Source: an uncultured virus (IMG/VR IMGVR_UViG_3300025849_000012)
Lineage: Duplodnaviria; Heunggongvirae; Uroviricota; Caudoviricetes
Reading direction: 5' to 3' (one strand)
DNA length: 64,000 nucleotides
IMG/VR virus record: IMGVR_UViG_3300025849_000012
Positions 58,454 to 64,000 of the stretch are shown here, piece after piece. The notes beneath the pieces are model-generated. The model was not told the DNA's origin, did not search any database, and saw nothing but the letters and a program-made list of their open reading frames with translations. A program made the position numbers and the translations under genes. Within the stretch, counting starts at the first letter, position 1. Each line of letters opens with the position of its first letter.

Positions 58454-58488
58454 TTGACATTGCTAATAGAATATGTTATATTAGAATC
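58454..58488 (+). promoter_or_regulatory. Early promoter cassette
   Basis: TTGACA-17-TATATT; GAATA in spacer, GAATC at 58484-58488. Confidence 0.8.
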
Positions 58489-58508
58489 AATTAATAAGGA
58501 AATACATT

Positions 58509-58805
58509 ATGACTACATTTACTACAAAAAATCGTAATTCAACTGCATACCAGTTTACAGTTAGAATGGTTGAAGGTAAACCAATCGCTGAGGATCAAGC
58601 TGCCGTAGACGGGCTTAGAACTGTGGTTAAACTCAATAATAGAGCATTCCCTGACGACAAACCAAGGTACGTAAAGCTTCAAGGTCGTGGACCAAGAGGT
58701 CATAATGGTCGTATGTATAACCAAGGTTTGCCTCTTCCATTAGCTACACATGCTGATGTGTATGTATATATTCGCGAACGTTATGACAATGTATGGGATA
58801 GATAA
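58509..58805 (+). CDS. Early hypothetical protein
   Basis: YVKLQGRGPR...DVYVY; own promoter. Confidence 0.65.
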   Translation: MTTFTTKNRNSTAYQFTVRMVEGKPIAEDQAAVDGLRTVVKLNNRAFPDDKPRYVKLQGRGPRGHNGRMYNQGLPLPLATHADVYVYIRERYDNVWDR

Positions 58806-59044
58806 TGGATTTAGAAATACTTCAAAAATTAGATAAGATGGAATTGACTGAAGCACGAGATGCTGCTAATTCTCTTATTGATGTAAAGAAAACTAAAAAA
58901 GTTGTACACAATAGACTTATCTACGATTTAGATAAAGCCAATAGTTCACGTGAGGTATCACGTATTATGTGGCAAGTTTATATGTCTGGTTCCGGTTATG
59001 GTACTATTGGTTCAACTTGGAAAAAGCATTATAACAGTGTCTGA
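58805..59044 (+). CDS. Hypothetical protein
   Basis: TAATG translational coupling. Confidence 0.6.
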   Translation: MDLEILQKLDKMELTEARDAANSLIDVKKTKKVVHNRLIYDLDKANSSREVSRIMWQVYMSGSGYGTIGSTWKKHYNSV

Positions 59045-59663
59045 GTCTTCTTTACAACTCCCGCTAAAACTTCCAGAACCCCTTATCCTCGAGTTAAACG
59101 AGGGTGAGGTTTCTCACATTCAAACTATGGCACAAGAAATGTTTGAGTGTCCAAACCGTCGACGTGGAAGAAGTCACTCAACTGTCTTAGCACATACTTA
59201 TGCAGGCGTTATACTAGAGTTTGCTTTAGTACGTCAAGGTGCTGTTATGAACCCTGCTGAATTTGACTACACCAAACCTGAAACTCATAACTGGGATGTT
59301 GAATGGAATGGTTGGATAGCTGAGGTTAAAAACTCACAAGATCCTGGAACATTACCGAACCACATGGAAAAGAAATGGTTGACCATACCAAATTACATGG
59401 CAAATAAATTAGTAAGAAATCGCAGAATGTATCCAAAATGTGTTGACATTATTATCTTTGGATGTTATAATAAACTAGATACAAATACGTATGACGTTCG
59501 TTGGCGAGCTGTTGTACCTTTTGATACTATACGCCAAAACCTACGACCATGCCAAGAAAAGTTTTCTAATAACTGGACAACCGACCATGATGGCGTACGA
59601 CGTATTAAGTATTTCTACAATACACGCGGCGACGATCGCACAATATATAATAACAATGTTTAA
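59037..59663 (+). CDS. Hypothetical PD-(D/E)xK nuclease-like protein
   Basis: E...WDV...AEVK motif; start codon uncertain. Confidence 0.45.
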   Translation: MSESSLQLPLKLPEPLILELNEGEVSHIQTMAQEMFECPNRRRGRSHSTVLAHTYAGVILEFALVRQGAVMNPAEFDYTKPETHNWDVEWNGWIAEVKNSQDPGTLPNHMEKKWLTIPNYMANKLVRNRRMYPKCVDIIIFGCYNKLDTNTYDVRWRAVVPFDTIRQNLRPCQEKFSNNWTTDHDGVRRIKYFYNTRGDDRTIYNNNV

Positions 59664-59675
59664 GGAAAAGAGTAC

Positions 59676-59999
59676 ATGAAATTTGATAATGGCAAACCAC
59701 CTATTAATTTAGTTCCACCTGAAGCAATCATCGCGGCTGCTCAGGTTTTTGGATTTGGTGCTCAAAAATATGGCGAAAACAATTGGCGTATGGACCTCGA
59801 TAAATTTCCATACTCACGACACTATGCTTCTATTATGAGACACCTATTAGCATTCCATTCAGGTGAAGACCTAGATCCTGAAAGTGGTTTACCACACACG
59901 CATCACGCATTGACTCAAATGATTATCTTAGTTATGTGTGAATTACAAACCGATCCAATTGATACTGATGATAGGTTTAAAGGAGAAGATGATGAATAA
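59676..59999 (+). CDS. DUF5664 (dATP/dGTP diphosphohydrolase-like) protein
   Basis: KFDNGK, GAQKYGENNW, RHL, D.DPESGLPH..HA. Confidence 0.85.
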   Translation: MKFDNGKPPINLVPPEAIIAAAQVFGFGAQKYGENNWRMDLDKFPYSRHYASIMRHLLAFHSGEDLDPESGLPHTHHALTQMIILVMCELQTDPIDTDDRFKGEDDE

Positions 60000-60669
60000 C
60001 GTAAGTGACATTCGTAATTATTTTATTGACGAACTAAAAGCTGAACGATTTACTACAGATAAAACTGGTGCAAAAACAATCGAGCTACTTGGTGCATCGT
60101 TTGTTGCTGATGAACCTGCTATCTTTGGTAAACCTGTACAAGAATATATTGAAGCGGAGTTGGCATGGTATGAAAGTGGTTCTACGAATATTAACGATAT
60201 ACATGGCGAAGATAAAGTACCACCTGCCGCGTGGCAATACGCTGCCGACAAATATGGTAACATCAATTCTAATTATGGTCACCTAATATTTTCAGAAAAG
60301 TATTGTCAGCAATACGATAACGCATTGTTTGAATTGATTGAAAATCCTGATAGCCGTCGAGCACAAATGATTTATAACCGACCAACCATTTGGAATGAGT
60401 TTGACGAAGGTGGTAAATCTGATTTCATTTGTACTAATGCTCAGACTGTTTATATTAGAGATAATAAGTTACATATGGTATCGCAAATGCGTTCAAACGA
60501 TGTTGTGTTTGGTTACAAAAATGATTGGGCTTGGGCTCAATACCTAATGGACAAATTTGTTGAAGATTATAACTTTGAAACTGAACAATCAATCGTTAAA
60601 GGTAACCTTACATGGCAAGTAATGAACTTACATGTATATGCCCGACATTTTGATTTGGTAAAACAATGA
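59989..60669 (+). CDS. 42: dCMP hydroxymethylase (gp42-like, thymidylate synthase fold)
   Basis: NSNYG, DSRRA, DFICTN, MRSNDVVFGYKND (Asp at the cytosine-specificity position), LHVYARHF. Confidence 0.85.
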   Translation: MMNNVSDIRNYFIDELKAERFTTDKTGAKTIELLGASFVADEPAIFGKPVQEYIEAELAWYESGSTNINDIHGEDKVPPAAWQYAADKYGNINSNYGHLIFSEKYCQQYDNALFELIENPDSRRAQMIYNRPTIWNEFDEGGKSDFICTNAQTVYIRDNKLHMVSQMRSNDVVFGYKNDWAWAQYLMDKFVEDYNFETEQSIVKGNLTWQVMNLHVYARHFDLVKQ

Positions 60670-61178
60670 GTGCAAGTAGGGAAAGCTATTATGCTTATAT
60701 GGGAAGACGAATGAGAGAAGACGACACAAACCGCCTTAAATGGGATAACCGTTTTATGTCATTAGCGACTATGATCGCTGATTGGAGCAAAGACCCTTCA
60801 AGTAAAATTGGTTGTGTTGCTGTTAATGATGATAGACGAATATTGGCTACAGGTTATAATGGTTTTCCAAAAGGTATTGAAGATACTGAAGATCGTTTAA
60901 ACGATCGTCCTACCAAACATAGCCTTGTGGTACACGCTGAAATGAATGCACTTATGAATGCGTTATATGCCGGTGTATCATTAAAAGACTCTACATTATA
61001 CGTATATGGATTACCTATATGTTCTGATTGTACTAAGCTTGTTATCCAAGCAGGTGTTAAACGTGTAGTCATATCATCAGATAAAAGTGTTAAAGGTGAT
61101 TGGCAAAAGGTATGGGAAGAAAAGAGTTTACCTATGTTTAAAGAAGCAAATGTACAGGTAACCTCACTTGGCGAATAA
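60666..61178 (+). CDS. cd: dCMP deaminase
   Basis: SKDPS, GYNG, HAEMNA, PICSDC. Confidence 0.9.
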   Translation: MSASRESYYAYMGRRMREDDTNRLKWDNRFMSLATMIADWSKDPSSKIGCVAVNDDRRILATGYNGFPKGIEDTEDRLNDRPTKHSLVVHAEMNALMNALYAGVSLKDSTLYVYGLPICSDCTKLVIQAGVKRVVISSDKSVKGDWQKVWEEKSLPMFKEANVQVTSLGE

Positions 61179-61839
61179 CTTAACAGACATATATGTTGGC
61201 GTTAAAAAGAATGATCCAAATAGAACGGTGAATGATTTTTATCCTACTCCTCCCTTAGCAACATATATTCTATGTAAATACGGTAATGTACCACATAAAG
61301 TTATAGAGCCATGCGCTGGTCGTGGGCATATTTCATCAGAGCTATTACGTAATGGCCACGATGTTATATCCTACGACCTTAACGTATATCCGGATAGTCT
61401 AGTTGACATAAATACACCATATGACGCGTTAGAGTTACCAAAAGATAAAGACGTTAAAGGTGTAATTACAAATCCACCATACCATAAAGATTTGCCACGC
61501 AAACTAGCAGAAAAATGGACAGACGAATACGATTACACTGCAATGTTTTTGCGTTTAACTTTTTTAGAAGGTAAAAAGCGAAATAAACTGTTTACAAATA
61601 ACCCACCTAGTGATATAATATATCTATCAGACAGAGTTAAATTTGATTCTAAAATATTGGAACCTGTTGATAAGACAGAACAAATTGGTGGAATGATTGC
61701 TTATATGTGGATCATATGGGACAAGACAGCGAAGCATAAATACACCCGTTGCCAGTGGGCAATGTTAGAAGATGAATATAGTGAATGGAAATTAAATTAT
61801 GACAAAAGAAAAAATGAAAATAGCCTTTATTTTCGGTAA
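61168..61839 (+). CDS. Amino (N6-adenine-type) DNA methyltransferase
   Basis: DFYPTP, EPCAGRG, ITNPPY. Confidence 0.8.
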   Translation: MANNLTDIYVGVKKNDPNRTVNDFYPTPPLATYILCKYGNVPHKVIEPCAGRGHISSELLRNGHDVISYDLNVYPDSLVDINTPYDALELPKDKDVKGVITNPPYHKDLPRKLAEKWTDEYDYTAMFLRLTFLEGKKRNKLFTNNPPSDIIYLSDRVKFDSKILEPVDKTEQIGGMIAYMWIIWDKTAKHKYTRCQWAMLEDEYSEWKLNYDKRKNENSLYFR

Positions 61840-63238
61840 AGGTATTGAAGGATGCGGTGTTACTAAAGGTGCAAATATTTTTGAAGATTGGTTAGTATCT
61901 CAAGGGCACGAAACAACAGTAATTGATTTTGATAACACACAAAAATTTAATCGCGCGGGACTTACTGAATGGAAAGGCAAAATCCATCGAGTTGAGAGTG
62001 ACCATGAAATTGAAGATGCCCAACCAGTAATTGATGAAGTAAATAGTTGTGATATTGCAATCATACACTCATACCCAACTCGTAAAAATGGAAAGTACAT
62101 AGATCGTTTCCGTAAATTTGTTGAAAAAATCGGTGATCCAATCATTGTAATACATGACCACGCTATTACAAAGAACACTATTAATAGACAAACACAGGCC
62201 GTTGAGTTATTTTCCCTTGCAGATATTGGTGTTACACAATCGTTTGAAGGTTATGCTAACGATGGTTATTTACATGCTGATCCAGGCCTTAAAGGTCGTT
62301 TAATGGAAAACCCAATATGGGTTCGCACAGATGAATACGATAAGTATCGTAAATCATTTGAAGACCGCAAGAAAAGCTTTATGTACATGGGTCGTATGTC
62401 TACCTTAAAAGATCCAGCAATGATTTGTCGTATTGAACCATATTTAAAAAATGATTGGCATTTAACCTTAATGGGTTGTGAACGTTCAATACAATCTATT
62501 GGAAATCCAGACTCCAAAACACTTGCGACTGATCCGCATCCTTATCATATAACATATAAACCAAAGATTACATTTATCTTTATGAATTCCAAAGGTGAGC
62601 ATTACCTGCCACCAGCAGAACAAATAAAGACTGGTACAACCATTAAAGCATATGATAGTTACAAATATGATTTTGGAATGAAATGGCTTGGTAGTTCTAC
62701 AGCAGCTTGGTGTGGTTATCGTTTACGCGAACCAAAAGAATACGGAAATCGTATGGAATATACCGTAATCGAATCGTTTCTTTTATCTCTTCCTATTATC
62801 AGTAGAGACTTTGCTGAAAACGCTGTATCTCCTGAAGGCAAAAAGTGGGGTGAATATTATGGACCACTTATATCTAAAGCAGGATGTGAGGAAGAGTTAT
62901 CAGTAGAATTAAATAGACTTTATAATAACAAAGAAGAATGGGAAGCTCGTACAAAGGCTTGCCAAGAATTAGTTTACAAGTTTAATGATATTGAAGTTCT
63001 TGGTCCTAAGTTTTTAGATTTTGTATTGACAAAAGGAAAAAGACATGATAAAATAGAATTTATAGATAGGATTTCAAGCTATTTTCCAAGTGCACGAGAA
63101 AGACGTGAAGCTGGTGAGATTATTATATCAACCCCAGGAAGTGTTTTAAATAAAAAAGCATATACATTAGTAGATGGAAAACAAAATGAAATTAAAGAAC
63201 CAGAAGAAATAGGATCTACACTTGAAGGATTTTTTTAA
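61814..63238 (+). CDS. DNA alpha-glucosyltransferase-like (T4 AGT family, GT-B)
   Basis: GKGIEGCGVTK, HDH, GR...KDP, G.ERS, MEYT..E. Confidence 0.8.
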   Translation: MKIAFIFGKGIEGCGVTKGANIFEDWLVSQGHETTVIDFDNTQKFNRAGLTEWKGKIHRVESDHEIEDAQPVIDEVNSCDIAIIHSYPTRKNGKYIDRFRKFVEKIGDPIIVIHDHAITKNTINRQTQAVELFSLADIGVTQSFEGYANDGYLHADPGLKGRLMENPIWVRTDEYDKYRKSFEDRKKSFMYMGRMSTLKDPAMICRIEPYLKNDWHLTLMGCERSIQSIGNPDSKTLATDPHPYHITYKPKITFIFMNSKGEHYLPPAEQIKTGTTIKAYDSYKYDFGMKWLGSSTAAWCGYRLREPKEYGNRMEYTVIESFLLSLPIISRDFAENAVSPEGKKWGEYYGPLISKAGCEEELSVELNRLYNNKEEWEARTKACQELVYKFNDIEVLGPKFLDFVLTKGKRHDKIEFIDRISSYFPSARERREAGEIIISTPGSVLNKKAYTLVDGKQNEIKEPEEIGSTLEGFF

Positions 63239-64000
63239 TGTATCATAAACGTATCGTAGTCGATTTTGACGACACTTTAGCATTCCATCAAAACCGAAAG
63301 TTTGATGAAGCTTTACCAAACAAACCTCTTATTGAAAAGCTTAATAAGCTGCATTCCGAGGATTGGATTATTGATATATTTACTGCGCGTGGTTCTATAT
63401 CGTGTAAAACTCGAAACGATGCTCGTGAAAAATACGAAAAAAGCATGCTTAATTGGCTTAATAAACATAACGTAAAATTTAATGCACTTTCATTTGATAA
63501 ACCATTGGCCGCTTATTATATTGATGATAAAGGCATTATGCCTGAAGATTTTCTTAAAGTTGATATACGTGAACTCGAAGGTGGATTATCTGGTGGTGAA
63601 ATTTATACAGATGGTAAAGTAGTACATAAACAAGATAAAAATGCACATCAAACACGTAAATGGTTTGCTAACGCTGATTGTATCGGTATTCAAACACCTA
63701 TTATTCATAGAGTTGTTGGTGAAACAATTACTATGGATTATATTGAGCATGACGAAGACTTTTTTTCAAATAACTTTTGGATGGCTTTAGCTACAATTCA
63801 AACACAATTAGATAAAATGAAAACAACATCACCACATCGTTACCAAGACGATTTAAAGTTTAGTGATTACATTGATCGCATTGAACAACACGCTAGAAAT
63901 TCTGGTCAAACAAAGTTAATTGAAGTAGCTTCAAAATTAACACAATACGAATTATCGCGCAGTTATTCTCACGGTGATTTTGGCATTAAAAACATGTTAT
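63238..64000 (+). CDS. HAD-like phosphatase fused to a phosphotransferase/kinase domain (partial)
   Basis: Manual translation: VVDFDDTL, FTARG, KP.AAYYIDDK, then GGLSGG and HGDFG; runs off the window end. Confidence 0.7.
   Translation, partial: MYHKRIVVDFDDTLAFHQNRKFDEALPNKPLIEKLNKLHSEDWIIDIFTARGSISCKTRNDAREKYEKSMLNWLNKHNVKFNALSFDKPLAAYYIDDKGIMPEDFLKVDIRELEGGLSGGEIYTDGKVVHKQDKNAHQTRKWFANADCIGIQTPIIHRVVGETITMDYIEHDEDFFSNNFWMALATIQTQLDKMKTTSPHRYQDDLKFSDYIDRIEQHARNSGQTKLIEVASKLTQYELSRSYSHGDFGIKNML

Noticed and set aside
59676..59999. DUF5664 as evidence for a Z-base or 7-deazaguanine genome
   Set aside because: No purZ or que/dpdA genes in the window; the neighbours indicate hmC modification
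1..64000. Genome-wide stop-codon reassignment
   Set aside because: Core genes are full length in code 11 and end with TAA, TAG or TGA; no suppressor tRNA seen

Overview
64 kb segment of a large, AT-rich T4-like (myovirus-type) bacteriophage genome. An alphaproteobacterial host is inferred from a permuted two-piece tmRNA, a hemO/pcyX-type bilin cassette and GANTC-containing promoters. Core T4-type genes are present: gp41, uvsX, gp32, gp59, gp33, gp52, gp39+60, gp3, uvsY, uvsW, gp55, gp47, gp46 and gp43. The window also holds a glucosyl-hydroxymethylcytosine DNA modification set, five tRNAs and many accessory genes. Main observations: (1) a phage-encoded circularly permuted tmRNA with tag ANNNYKPSGLALAA; (2) an ~11 kb late cluster of tailoring enzymes (desaturase, several 2OG-Fe(II) oxygenases, TauD, PLP enzyme, methyltransferases, glycosyltransferases); (3) a late operon of secreted proteins resembling an usher-less pilin/chaperone system, with an in-frame UGA read-through extension; (4) a ~400 nt hairpin-rich candidate ncRNA upstream of tRNA-Pro; (5) a repeated early-promoter cassette with a positionally fixed GANTC; (6) enzymes with capsid-targeting-like N-termini; (7) a 30 bp promoter/palindrome element duplicated 32 kb apart. 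All protein calls come from motif recognition by eye; no searches were run.
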